Notes under the pieces: generated by a model | The model's database searches: none | Told to the model about the DNA's origin: nothing | The model's input: only the letters and a program-made list of their open reading frames with translations | IMG/VR virus record: IMGVR_UViG_3300023176_002545 | Length of the DNA: 64,000 nt | Origin: a virus | Strand: one strand, 5' to 3' | Shown: positions 9,165-18,477 of the stretch, piece after piece | How positions within the stretch are numbered: position 1 is the first letter of the stretch | How the letters are laid out: each line of letters opens with the position of its first letter | Translations under genes and position numbers: made by a program

Positions 9165-10172
9165 TTACTGTCCTTGACGTGCTCTAATCATTGCTAGAAT
9201 GTCTTGGGCATTACCTGATGTTTCTGCAGGTGCCGCTGCCGCTGGTGCTTCAGCTGGTGCTGCTTCTGCTACTGGAGCAGGTGCTACTTCAGGTGTTGGT
9301 GCTGGTGCAGGTGTTGCTACTGGAGCAGTTCCTGATGTTGCAGTACCATTTGATGATGCTGTATTAGGATCACCTGTACGTGCAGCCATACCAGCTGGAC
9401 GGAAGTATTGACCCCAACGATCAGGATCATATGCTTCGCCATCTACTGATGCTTCAAACATTTCTTGCATGACTTTAAGCTCAACTTCAGTTGGCTTTTT
9501 AGGAAGAAACTCTGACAAGTTAAACAATCCGTGTGTGTTAACTGCTGCCATCTCTGCATCGCCTAGTGGACGCTCTCTACGTGCCCAATTACTTGTGCCG
9601 TAATCTGCATAGCCACCTTTTGATGTTTTGTTAAGACGGAAATCAACACCACCAGTAAAGTCTGTTGGCAATTCTTCCATATCAGGATCAAGCAATGATT
9701 GCTTAATGATTTGGAAAATTTGTGGTCCAATAATGAACCTACGGATTGGGTTTTCCGGAGTAGAATCATCCGCAAGTGGATTGTCTACAACAAAGCCTTG
9801 GAAAATATAAGAACGTTTCTTCCAGTACTTACGACCCATATCTTCTAGAGTTGGATCTTTAAACCAACCACGTACTTCGTTCAAAATTGAACACTGTTCG
9901 CCATACATTTCCATACATGGAATTTGTACTTGTACAGGACGTGAATCAGTTTCACCTTTTACACCTGCAAAAGGTAACTTAATCATTAGGCGTTCTGCCC
10001 AGAAAAAGTCATTGTTTGCATTGCCGTCAGGAAGGAAACGGAGTACTGCACTCTCGCCTTCTTTGATATTCCAAAACGGGTAAATGGCGTTATCGCCTGG
10101 TGTGTTAGAAGAACCACTTGTGCGGTTTTCTTGTTCTTTGAGCTTTGCTCGGATTTCTGCTAATGATGCCAT
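9165..10172 (-). CDS. gp32: single-stranded DNA-binding protein (T4 gp32-like)
   Basis: AVLRFLPD, C..CxI, YWKKRSY, IGPQIF, GxDFRLNKT.KGGYADY..S.W motifs; Ala/Pro-rich tail. Confidence 0.9.
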   Translation of the reverse strand: MASLAEIRAKLKEQENRTSGSSNTPGDNAIYPFWNIKEGESAVLRFLPDGNANNDFFWAERLMIKLPFAGVKGETDSRPVQVQIPCMEMYGEQCSILNEVRGWFKDPTLEDMGRKYWKKRSYIFQGFVVDNPLADDSTPENPIRRFIIGPQIFQIIKQSLLDPDMEELPTDFTGGVDFRLNKTSKGGYADYGTSNWARRERPLGDAEMAAVNTHGLFNLSEFLPKKPTEVELKVMQEMFEASVDGEAYDPDRWGQYFRPAGMAARTGDPNTASSNGTATSGTAPVATPAPAPTPEVAPAPVAEAAPAEAPAAAAPAETSGNAQDILAMIRARQGQ

Positions 10173-10231
10173 AGTTTTTGCCTCCTATAATGTTGCCTAT
10201 GTGCTGTGCCTTTTTGTGTAGCACAGTGTAT

Positions 10232-10260
10232 ATAATACACAATCCTACACCGCTTGTCAA
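10232..10260 (-). promoter_or_regulatory. sigma70-type (early) promoter for gp32-uvsX-uvsY
   Basis: On the minus strand TTGACA-17 nt-TATTAT with a TG extension. Confidence 0.8.
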
Positions 10261-10311
10261 GTCTTTTCTTTAAAAAACTTGAAAAAAATCATGGACTTTG
10301 TCCAAAAGTAT

Positions 10312-12222
10312 TTAGCGTCTTATGCCTGCTAAACCTTTAATTCTGTCTAATTCTGCCTTTTCTGATGTTTGCTTCTCTGCAATTGACAGTTGTGCATTTG
10401 TAAATTGCTCGTATTTTGCATGTACTGCTTCAATAAACTTTTGGGCCATAGGAACACATTTGTTACCATAGTCTTTTTCTACTGCTGTTAGTACTGCTGT
10501 TTCGCCTTTTGGAAACTGTCCTGTTTGTCTGTCGTAGTATGATAGAATAAACTCGCCTAATGGTGTCTTTTGTTCTTCGTCGCCGTCTAACGACAATGCA
10601 CCATCTTTACCTACAGTAACGTCAGTTTCAGATGCTTCCATATCACCAAAATCTAGTTTGGCTAAAAGTTGTGGATCTTTTGCTTTTATATATTTGTTTA
10701 CTAATGGACGCACACACATGTCTGAATCTTTTTGTCCAATTTGTTTTAGCATGTCGTGTAGTCTAGGATCATCAATTAGACCGTGTAAACTTTCAATTGC
10801 ATTAGTACCGTCTACGCCTGCTGGGAAATGATCGCCAACTAGTGCTTGTAACTTTTTAATTGCCATTGCTTGCTCTTCTTCGTCTTGACTAAAGACAGCA
10901 TCGCCTTCTGCAATTTCGTATTTTTTAGTTACACCATTTAGTGCAGATTCAATTTCTTCACCATACTTTTGGAAGCCACCCGGTGGCAAACCTCTAGTTG
11001 CACCGTCTGGTCCTGAACCCATAAAGTAAGGCATTTTAATTTCCATGCCTGGGCGTATTTGTGATGGATCTTTAATTTCTGGATTTTCGTCCATAATTGC
11101 TTGTAACGCTTCGTCTCTACCGTGACCTTGGAAGTTAGCATCTTTAAACTTCATATAGATACTGTAAAGAGTATCACCTTGTTGTACTGTATATGTTTCT
11201 GCTGGTAGACCAACTTCTACATCGTCAACAGGACTACCTTCGCTAAAGTCTTCTGGATTTAATTCTTGTGTTTCTAATACATTGTACAAGTATGGGAAAA
11301 CATCTTGTAATTCTTCTTTAAAACTTTTTACTGTAAGTGCTTCAACCCATTCTGATCTAACGTCTTCTGGAACTTCAGAAATTTCACGTGTCTTAAATGA
11401 TTCAAATGCTTCGTTATAGTAAGATTGTTTTTGTAGTTGATCTACAGATTTTTTAATTTGCTCAATACGCTCAACAACACGATCTGTTATGTTGCCCATT
11501 GCTTCTGACATTGTTTCAGAACGAGAAACATAATTTTTAAACTTTCTTAAATGACCTAGTTCCTTGCTCATTTCAACAATATGATTACCAAATGCATCGT
11601 ATGGTGTACCACCGTTAGCGATATGACGACCTAAAGCTCTTGCTCCGTTCAAGTGCTTAACAGGATATTTAAATCTTTCGCCTTGTGGACTTTCAATGAA
11701 TATACTTTCAATATGCATTGATCTACCGCCAGGTAGTTCTGAGTTAACTGGCTTAGAATGCTTTACTAATAGTTTAGCACCATCTAAGTCTTGGTAGCTC
11801 GTACGAGGCGTACCATAAAGTTTTGATTCGGTCATGTTGTTATCTCCGGAGTTTTTCGCAAGGAATTGATAATCTCTTTTATCTAAGTTTGACTTTGTAA
11901 TATCTCTAGTATCAAAGTTTAGCATACGTTTTTTACTAAACATTCTAAGTTCTCTAAGAAAATTGTACCAATCTTTTTGTACTTCGTCATTTTCTTCACT
12001 TACAAATTCTGTGCTATAATAAACTACAAGTCCGTCGTCTTCGCTTAGACTAACATTAACATGTCCAAGTGTTTCTGATCCTGACTTGTATTCAAAGTCA
12101 ATAAAACGTGCTAACGCTGGATCGTTAGTCACTTTACCTGCATCGTCGCCCATAGTTACACTTGAGTAACGGCTACGTATTTTATTAAAAAGGTCTTCTG
12201 CTATATCGTTTAAGTTTATCAT
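10312..12222 (-). CDS. uncharacterised phage protein (636 aa) with an internal LysM domain
   Basis: YTVQQGDTLYSIY...NPEIKDPSQIRPGMEIKMP at about 11030-11195; lies downstream of the terminase. Confidence 0.75.
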   Translation of the reverse strand: MINLNDIAEDLFNKIRSRYSSVTMGDDAGKVTNDPALARFIDFEYKSGSETLGHVNVSLSEDDGLVVYYSTEFVSEENDEVQKDWYNFLRELRMFSKKRMLNFDTRDITKSNLDKRDYQFLAKNSGDNNMTESKLYGTPRTSYQDLDGAKLLVKHSKPVNSELPGGRSMHIESIFIESPQGERFKYPVKHLNGARALGRHIANGGTPYDAFGNHIVEMSKELGHLRKFKNYVSRSETMSEAMGNITDRVVERIEQIKKSVDQLQKQSYYNEAFESFKTREISEVPEDVRSEWVEALTVKSFKEELQDVFPYLYNVLETQELNPEDFSEGSPVDDVEVGLPAETYTVQQGDTLYSIYMKFKDANFQGHGRDEALQAIMDENPEIKDPSQIRPGMEIKMPYFMGSGPDGATRGLPPGGFQKYGEEIESALNGVTKKYEIAEGDAVFSQDEEEQAMAIKKLQALVGDHFPAGVDGTNAIESLHGLIDDPRLHDMLKQIGQKDSDMCVRPLVNKYIKAKDPQLLAKLDFGDMEASETDVTVGKDGALSLDGDEEQKTPLGEFILSYYDRQTGQFPKGETAVLTAVEKDYGNKCVPMAQKFIEAVHAKYEQFTNAQLSIAEKQTSEKAELDRIKGLAGIRR

Positions 12223-12229
12223 AGTATAG

Positions 12230-12237
12230 TATTTATC
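12230..12237 (-). promoter_or_regulatory. late promoter variant GATAAATA
   Basis: 7 nt upstream of the ATG at 12222; the same motif recurs before many structural genes. Confidence 0.55.
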
Positions 12238-13819
12238 AATAGTTGCTTATAAAGATAGGCATTGGTGCTTCGAAGTCATCATCAACTTCAATACCAACTG
12301 CTCCACCCCATTGTGCGTATACACGCTGATCCCATTCTGCTAACACTTGCATCATTCTAATTGCAAGTAATGTTGCACTAACTAAGTCGTCATGCATTCC
12401 TGATTTTGCTTTAAAACTTGTTGCTTGTGCAATATATCCTTTAAGTTCTGATATTAAAGGTTTAGAATTTATATGAAGTTTGTTTTGTTCTATTAGAACT
12501 TTTAATCTACTACATGCACTAATTTTTGTTTTGTATGTAGTATTAAATCCTTTGCGGAACTTGCGTACATGTCCTTTGCGGATAGGTTCACTTAATAACA
12601 ATCCTGGAATATTCTCTTCACCTAAATCTTTAATTACTAATAGTGCTGCTTCACCAATTGAATTATTTTCAACACTCCAATATACATTTTCAGTTCCACA
12701 AGTATCTGCAATATATCTGTTGATTTCTCTTACTACTTTTATTTGATCAGGTATAGCTGTTTGATTGTGCTGCCATTCAGCTACTTGTTTAAATGTAGGT
12801 AATTCAAACACTTGTATTGCAGCATAGTCGCCGCCTGTACCCATTGCAGGATCTAATGCTACAATGTATATTCCGTCTTTGCGTATTTTTGTGTAAAAAC
12901 GTGTTTGACCCATTTTCATTATAGGATCTATACCTTCCATATTAGCAAGTGTAATACTGTTAATAAGTGTTTCGTCAAATACTAAGAATTCACAACCGTA
13001 TTCACGGCGGAACTTTTCTTCACCAATACGTCCAATTTCTGCCTCCATCCATTCATCGTCTCGATCTGGATGTTCTTGCCATTCAGCTCTAAACGCATGA
13101 AACCCATTAACGCCTATGTCTGTTTCATTGCCGTGACTATCAAATTTTTGTTCTGCTTGTTTCCAAATAGTAGCAAATGTATCTTCGTCTGAGTTTGGTG
13201 TACTTGTAATAATAGCACGACCACCTGTTGCTAGTGTAGGTGATATTGAAGTCCAAAACTCTTCTGCAATATTAGGTTGCACAAACGCAAACTCGTCACA
13301 GTATAGTAATGATATGGACATACCACGTCCTGTGTTGCCTGTTGTTGTTTGACTTACAATACGGCTTCCGTTATCAAATTCTATGCTACCTTTGTTGTAT
13401 GAAATAACACCTGCACGTATATGATCAGGACAAGTTTCGTACACATAACGTATACGTTGCATAATTTCTTGAGCACCTGTGTATTTGTGTGCAGCAATAA
13501 GAATTGTTTGATCTGGATGAAACATTGCATACCAAGTAAGATATATAGCAGCACAAGTAGTTTTGCCTGTTTGGCGTGGCATCATGTTAATATTAAAACG
13601 ATAACTGTGATATGAGTGCAGTAACCTTAATTGATATTCGTAAGGATCAAACAGTAGTTTACCTTTTACAGGATGCTGTATGTATGCAAAGTGTTTTGCA
13701 AAATGTAAGTATCCTTCGTTAGGATCCATACATTGAACCATGTCCTGTAATTGATCTTCGGTATATGTTTCTCTTTTATTGGCTTTTTTAGTTAATACGC
13801 CGTCTAACGATTTGCTCAT
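12236..13819 (-). CDS. gp17: terminase large subunit (T4 gp17-like)
   Basis: Walker A MPRQTGKT, Walker B LLYCDEFAF, ITSTPN, nuclease motifs ALDPAMGTGGDY and HDDLV. Confidence 0.95.
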   Translation of the reverse strand: MSKSLDGVLTKKANKRETYTEDQLQDMVQCMDPNEGYLHFAKHFAYIQHPVKGKLLFDPYEYQLRLLHSYHSYRFNINMMPRQTGKTTCAAIYLTWYAMFHPDQTILIAAHKYTGAQEIMQRIRYVYETCPDHIRAGVISYNKGSIEFDNGSRIVSQTTTGNTGRGMSISLLYCDEFAFVQPNIAEEFWTSISPTLATGGRAIITSTPNSDEDTFATIWKQAEQKFDSHGNETDIGVNGFHAFRAEWQEHPDRDDEWMEAEIGRIGEEKFRREYGCEFLVFDETLINSITLANMEGIDPIMKMGQTRFYTKIRKDGIYIVALDPAMGTGGDYAAIQVFELPTFKQVAEWQHNQTAIPDQIKVVREINRYIADTCGTENVYWSVENNSIGEAALLVIKDLGEENIPGLLLSEPIRKGHVRKFRKGFNTTYKTKISACSRLKVLIEQNKLHINSKPLISELKGYIAQATSFKAKSGMHDDLVSATLLAIRMMQVLAEWDQRVYAQWGGAVGIEVDDDFEAPMPIFISNY

Positions 13820-13833
13820 ACATGTATTTACTC

Positions 13834-13860
13834 AAAAAAATAGGGCCCGTAGGCCCTATT
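13834..13860 (-). terminator. rho-independent terminator
   Basis: atagggcc-cgta-ggccctat stem followed by a T7 run on the minus strand. Confidence 0.8.
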
Positions 13861-13885
13861 GAATATTTAGAATTTTTTAGAATTT

Positions 13886-14521
13886 TTATTTGTCGTCGTC
13901 TTCGTCGTCTTCAGCATGATCGTCTTTGCCTGGTTTTTTGTCTGCCCAGTCTGGAACGCCATCGCCGTCAGCATCTGGCTTTTTCTTTTCATTGGTTAGT
14001 TTCTTAGCTTCTAGTGCAAGCTCAAGTGCTTGTCTAATGCTTTCAACTGCCATTGGGTTATCGCCATCTTGTGCTTTGGCAAACTGCTGTTTACGCTTGT
14101 GAATGTCATCGCCTGAAGCCATTTGATCATTCATGCTGTGATATTCTTCTTCTGGCTCGTTTTCATAATCTTCTTCAACTTCGTCGTCCATGCCGTCCAT
14201 TGCAAGTAGCTGACGCTTCATCATATCACGATCGCCACCGCATGGTCCTGCTGGTCCATGATCGCCACCGCATGCTTTACATGGCATTGGGCCTACTACT
14301 TCACCTTCGTCACCATCTGGTTCCATGTGAGGTAGTTCACTAGTTGAACCGTCGTTATGAACAACGCCGCCTAGTTGCATTACTCTTAATAGTTCACCTA
14401 CTTCAGATGCTGTTTCTGCATTAGCACTGATATTTAGGCTTGCTTCTGTTATTACTGAAGTGCTTTTTACACTTCCTTCGATTTGATCCATTGCTGCGAT
14501 CATGTCTTTCATTGTAGTCAT
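13886..14521 (-). CDS. acidic hypothetical protein (211 aa), possibly head-assembly related
   Basis: ORF with a CKACGGDH...CGGD segment and a DADGDGVPD motif; located in the packaging/structural operon. Confidence 0.7.
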   Translation of the reverse strand: MTTMKDMIAAMDQIEGSVKSTSVITEASLNISANAETASEVGELLRVMQLGGVVHNDGSTSELPHMEPDGDEGEVVGPMPCKACGGDHGPAGPCGGDRDMMKRQLLAMDGMDDEVEEDYENEPEEEYHSMNDQMASGDDIHKRKQQFAKAQDGDNPMAVESIRQALELALEAKKLTNEKKKPDADGDGVPDWADKKPGKDDHAEDDEDDDK

Positions 14522-15054
14522 TATTTTGCCTCCGGTGCTTTTTGAACACTGTCAATTGGATCATGATCACGCTCTTTACGAGCAACTTCTAGTTCTTTCA
14601 ATAGATCCATTACTCTGCTAGATCCAACTGAGTCTTGAGCACTTTCTGCTGCCATTTCTTCAGTTCCGAGCATTGCTTCGTATTCGGTCTCTTCTTTAGT
14701 AGTTTGATAGTCTTCTTGTGGTTCATTTGGGTTACGAACAATTAAATGTGAAGTTGGAATTTTGCAAGTTTCTCTTAGGTAGTCTTGTAGTTGATGTGAT
14801 GTAACAGGATATTCTAGTTCAACATCCCATGTGTGTACTTCACAATTTGTTAACTGTGGAAAATCTAATGGACGCTCAACAATTGGTGTTTTAGCAGCAT
14901 TAGACATATTTACTACACTGTATTTTTTAAGAGCAGACTCTAAACGATCTTCACATGCTTCTGGAAGTTCGCCTGCAACTCTTACCTTAAATGTATAAGT
15001 CTTTTTTGACTCTGTAAGAAAATCTGTAAACTTTTTCATTCTATTCGTTCCCAA
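14521..15054 (-). CDS. hypothetical phage protein (177 aa)
   Basis: Coupled ORF preceded by GATAAATA (15066-15073). Confidence 0.7.
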   Translation of the reverse strand: MGTNRMKKFTDFLTESKKTYTFKVRVAGELPEACEDRLESALKKYSVVNMSNAAKTPIVERPLDFPQLTNCEVHTWDVELEYPVTSHQLQDYLRETCKIPTSHLIVRNPNEPQEDYQTTKEETEYEAMLGTEEMAAESAQDSVGSSRVMDLLKELEVARKERDHDPIDSVQKAPEAK

Positions 15055-15064
15055 CTATATAATG

Positions 15065-15538
15065 TTATTTATCAATATTACGTAGTTTCTCCATTAAACT
15101 ATTACGGTCTGTTACGACTGTTCCTTGCCCAATTATTGAGTCTCCGTCGGAACTTTCGTCTTGATCTAATTTTTGTTTTTTGAGTTGTAATTCGATCATT
15201 TTTAATTTTTTATCTAATTTAGCAGTTTTTGCATCTAAACTAGTCTTTAGCATATTACCTGCAACTTCAAAAACTCTACCACTATAACGACTTTCAACGT
15301 TCATACCTAGATCCATTAAATCTTCATATGTTTGTAATGCACGTTGAGCAATGTCGTCAAGTTCTGAATCTGCTTTTTCGCCTAATCCTTTTACACTAGG
15401 CAATGCTGCTGCAATTTTATCAAACTCAGCAATATCACGAAATGTTTCTTCTATATCCTCTTTTACTGCTGGAGGTGGCACAGAAGCATCTTCTTGATTT
15501 TCTGGTAAATTTAATAGTTCTTCTAGTTTTTTAGTCAT
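15065..15538 (-). CDS. probable terminase small subunit (gp16-like)
   Basis: Coiled-coil protein with GRVFEVAGNMLKT, resembling the gp16-family R(A/V)(Y/F)EVAG..(I/L)K motif; close to gp17; GATAAATA at 15565-15572. Confidence 0.55.
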   Translation of the reverse strand: MTKKLEELLNLPENQEDASVPPPAVKEDIEETFRDIAEFDKIAAALPSVKGLGEKADSELDDIAQRALQTYEDLMDLGMNVESRYSGRVFEVAGNMLKTSLDAKTAKLDKKLKMIELQLKKQKLDQDESSDGDSIIGQGTVVTDRNSLMEKLRNIDK

Positions 15539-15567
15539 TGTATTATACCATTATATGCTATTATTAT

Positions 15568-16005
15568 TTATCGTCTTTTGCCGTTGTGGAAAATATCTTG
15601 TTCGGTAATAACACGAAAATATATGTTATGTTGTTTACACCAAGCTCTTGCTGCTTCCCACTTGGCTTGGTTTACGACCCAGTGTGCTTGGTTTGCTTTT
15701 GATCTTCCAAGTTTTCTTCTGTCTGTGTGATTTTCAGGTTTTACTTCTACAAGTTCAACACGTTGTTTTCCGTTCCTATCACTGTATGCAATAAAAAAAT
15801 CTGGAACATATATTGTATATTTTCCAGTTAGTGGATGTCTATACGGAATTTTAATCGATTCACTTGCCCATTGTTTTACATTTGGGTTTTCATCGCAAAA
15901 ACGCATCATTGCCCATTCCCAACTTGATCTATAAGTAGGAGTTCTACCTCCTGCATATTTCTCTGGGTTCTTCAGTGTGTATTTTCCTTGGGCGAACCTA
16001 GACAT
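15568..16005 (-). CDS. gp4: head completion nuclease (T4 gp4-like, TnsA fold)
   Basis: YRSSWE..MRFCD.NP.V..WASE.I.IPY..P, Y.PDF and EVKP motifs. Confidence 0.9.
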   Translation of the reverse strand: MSRFAQGKYTLKNPEKYAGGRTPTYRSSWEWAMMRFCDENPNVKQWASESIKIPYRHPLTGKYTIYVPDFFIAYSDRNGKQRVELVEVKPENHTDRRKLGRSKANQAHWVVNQAKWEAARAWCKQHNIYFRVITEQDIFHNGKRR

Positions 16006-16015
16006 AACATCTCCG

Positions 16016-16387
16016 TTATAGCAGTATGTTTCTGCTATCTAGACTTTTTATTTCATTAGTAATATTTCTATTACCAATAACGCTAGTTACGGGTCTGTTC
16101 AAATTAACAACTTCTGCAACTACTGCACTTATTTGTACATCTTCAAGACCTTTAAGTGTATCTAGCACTTCAAATACGGGAACGTTTTCTAATTTAGCTT
16201 GTTGTAATATAACAGTAGCAACACTTACTGCTGGCTTTAAATCAAATCCACGCTTAGTAAAGAAGTTAACTACAGCATCAATTTCAGCTGCTGGATAAGA
16301 TAATTCAGCAGTATAGTATCTGTTAAAAAATGTTTTTGTTTCTGTGTGTACTGTTGGATTTGTTTCTAGGTTAGTTTTAACTGTCAT
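16016..16387 (-). CDS. hypothetical structural-region protein (123 aa)
   Basis: Coupled ORF (ATGA overlap with the upstream gene). Confidence 0.7.
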   Translation of the reverse strand: MTVKTNLETNPTVHTETKTFFNRYYTAELSYPAAEIDAVVNFFTKRGFDLKPAVSVATVILQQAKLENVPVFEVLDTLKGLEDVQISAVVAEVVNLNRPVTSVIGNRNITNEIKSLDSRNILL

Positions 16388-17724
16388 CTTGATCTCAACT
16401 CTTGTTTTATAGTTTGTACAGCAATATCTCTAAATGTTTGTTTAGAGTTTTCACTTAGTGCATCATATGATGCTTTAATAAGATTTATGTCAGCAACACC
16501 ATATTCATTTATATATTCGGTTTTATAAACTGTTGAGACAGTAAAGTCGTCTAATTTTTTAATGCTTGATGTAATAGCAAGTACTTGTTCCGATACATTA
16601 TTGCCTACAGTAGAACCGCTGTTTGCTGATAGGTTAGTATTAACAGTCGCTTCAATTGGAGCTTCTATAGATGCTGTAGGGAAGGTTGTATCAGTTAATC
16701 CTGATACACTAACATTTGTTTCTAAGCCTCTTGTTAATATTCCTGCTGCTTCTGATCTAACACCCGAACTATTTAACTGTTTAAAGTTTTTTACAGTATT
16801 AGCACCTGTAACAACTGCTTCTATAAATCCACCTACAGACGTAAACGCTCTGCCAGTGCCAATTAGATCAAAAATATTTGCAACGCCTTCAACTACGCCT
16901 CCAGCACCAAATAATGTAGCACTGCCACCGCCAGCTGGAGTAATTGGACTAAACTGTTTGTCATAGTGTCTTTCGGCAAAACCTGCAGGAGTATCTGGTT
17001 TAACTGTACCTGGATTATGATAAAGCACTGCTTCATATGATACTGACATTTGGCTTTCAGCTGTTTCACCACCTGCACTTGAATTAACATCTGAATGACT
17101 CCAGCTGTTAATTACAGGATTAATCAAAGTATAGGTAAAGTGTCTATGTCTTGACAGTTGACTTATTTGAATACTTGTAAAGAAACGTTTTTTGCTTCCT
17201 GCATTATTATAGTCTAAACCATATGCACCAGTATATTGTTCAAACGGATTTAAACTAAATGCACTGTTAAATCCTTGCGGATTACCTGATGTATCTTCAC
17301 TAAATCCTACACCTTGATAGTTTCCATCAGCAAACATGTATTTGTAGTATGCTTTCCACATGTCTGTTGTTGTGTTATTGTTATCATCATGAAATGCTAT
17401 GTTGACAGGATCGTAATTGATTTTAGTAGTTACAATTCTTTTTCTATTGTACTGGTTAACTACACTTGTTTCCATATTAAACTTGGGTAGTTCAGCACTC
17501 TTAACAAGCATGTTAAGTTCTACTTTATCGTATCCTGCACCAAGTGTTTTAACAGCCGGATTAATGTTGAATACAACATGATATAGGAATTTAGTTTTTG
17601 GAGCCAGACGGAAATAGTCGTCTGTAAAGAGTCTAGCTGCGTGTTGAAAATCCCCAAGATTACCTTTTGGGTTAAGAACACCACCTAAAACATTGTCAAG
17701 AAATCCGTTAAGTTTATTTGCCAT
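16384..17724 (-). CDS. tail tube-related / baseplate tube initiator (gp54/gp48-like)
   Basis: Tube-fold segments LVKSAELPKFN, YNRKRIV..KINYDPVNIAFHDD, YTLINP.I.SW; lies directly after the tube gene; GATAAATA at 17730-17737. Confidence 0.6.
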   Translation of the reverse strand: MANKLNGFLDNVLGGVLNPKGNLGDFQHAARLFTDDYFRLAPKTKFLYHVVFNINPAVKTLGAGYDKVELNMLVKSAELPKFNMETSVVNQYNRKRIVTTKINYDPVNIAFHDDNNNTTTDMWKAYYKYMFADGNYQGVGFSEDTSGNPQGFNSAFSLNPFEQYTGAYGLDYNNAGSKKRFFTSIQISQLSRHRHFTYTLINPVINSWSHSDVNSSAGGETAESQMSVSYEAVLYHNPGTVKPDTPAGFAERHYDKQFSPITPAGGGSATLFGAGGVVEGVANIFDLIGTGRAFTSVGGFIEAVVTGANTVKNFKQLNSSGVRSEAAGILTRGLETNVSVSGLTDTTFPTASIEAPIEATVNTNLSANSGSTVGNNVSEQVLAITSSIKKLDDFTVSTVYKTEYINEYGVADINLIKASYDALSENSKQTFRDIAVQTIKQELRSR

Positions 17725-17763
17725 AATAATATTTATCCTTTATATTATATGGGTATAAAATAG

Positions 17764-17790
17764 AAAAAAGGGGACCATAAAGATCCCCTT
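17764..17790 (-). terminator. rho-independent terminator after the tail tube gene
   Basis: aagggga/tcccctt stem followed by a T run on the minus strand. Confidence 0.7.
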
Positions 17791-17815
17791 GAATACATCA
17801 ACTCTTTTCTATTTC

Positions 17816-18442
17816 TTAGACGCCGCCGCCAGTTACTAGTGTACCTAGTGAACGTCCGACAGTTGAACCAATACCAGTACCTTGTGGTGACTGGATTGCG
17901 TTGTCGTAACGTACAGCAAGTGTAACTGTTACTGGTTCGTTAGCTGAGTAACTTAGCTGGTTGTAGTTTGCGTTTTCAACGTAGCAACCATATAGTTCAA
18001 ATGTTTCTAATACTTGTGGAACATTTGCACCGTTACCACCATCTAGTATTTCAATACGTGTTGTGAACTTGTAATCAATACCTGATGCTGCACTTGACTG
18101 CTCGTAGAAGTCAAATTGTTTCTGTAGTTGTTCGCCAACTAGTTTTTGAACGTTGTTGTTTACATCTTCACGCAAGTTAATTGTGATTGGTTCCCAACTA
18201 TGCTTACCTGCTAGGTAAACACGTGAGTTGTAAACATCAAGTGTCATTTGTTCAAAACCAACAGTTGGACGAGTTACGTCTACAACTTGTTTTGTTAATT
18301 CTGTTGTTGGTGTTGACACGCCAAAGTTTTCTAAAGTAAGGCGGAAGCGATACTGTAGCTTTGGCATGAGCAGACCTTGGTTACTAGCAGAATCACTGCT
18401 AGCCAAAGGTACTGTAAATTTTGAAAGAGTTGATATAGCCAT
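17816..18442 (-). CDS. gp19: tail tube protein (gp19-like)
   Basis: PKLQYRFR, VTRPTV, WEPITINLRED, FELYGCY and LAVRYDNA motifs; follows the sheath; GATAAATA at 18470-18477. Confidence 0.85.
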   Translation of the reverse strand: MAISTLSKFTVPLASSDSASNQGLLMPKLQYRFRLTLENFGVSTPTTELTKQVVDVTRPTVGFEQMTLDVYNSRVYLAGKHSWEPITINLREDVNNNVQKLVGEQLQKQFDFYEQSSAASGIDYKFTTRIEILDGGNGANVPQVLETFELYGCYVENANYNQLSYSANEPVTVTLAVRYDNAIQSPQGTGIGSTVGRSLGTLVTGGGV

Positions 18443-18477
18443 TTAAATTTGCTCCTGTTTTCTTATAAGTATTTATC

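Noticed and set aside
8014-13819. Inteins or introns in uvsX or the terminase
   Set aside because: Both have normal lengths (357 and 527 aa) with contiguous motifs and no C/S...HN intein ends.
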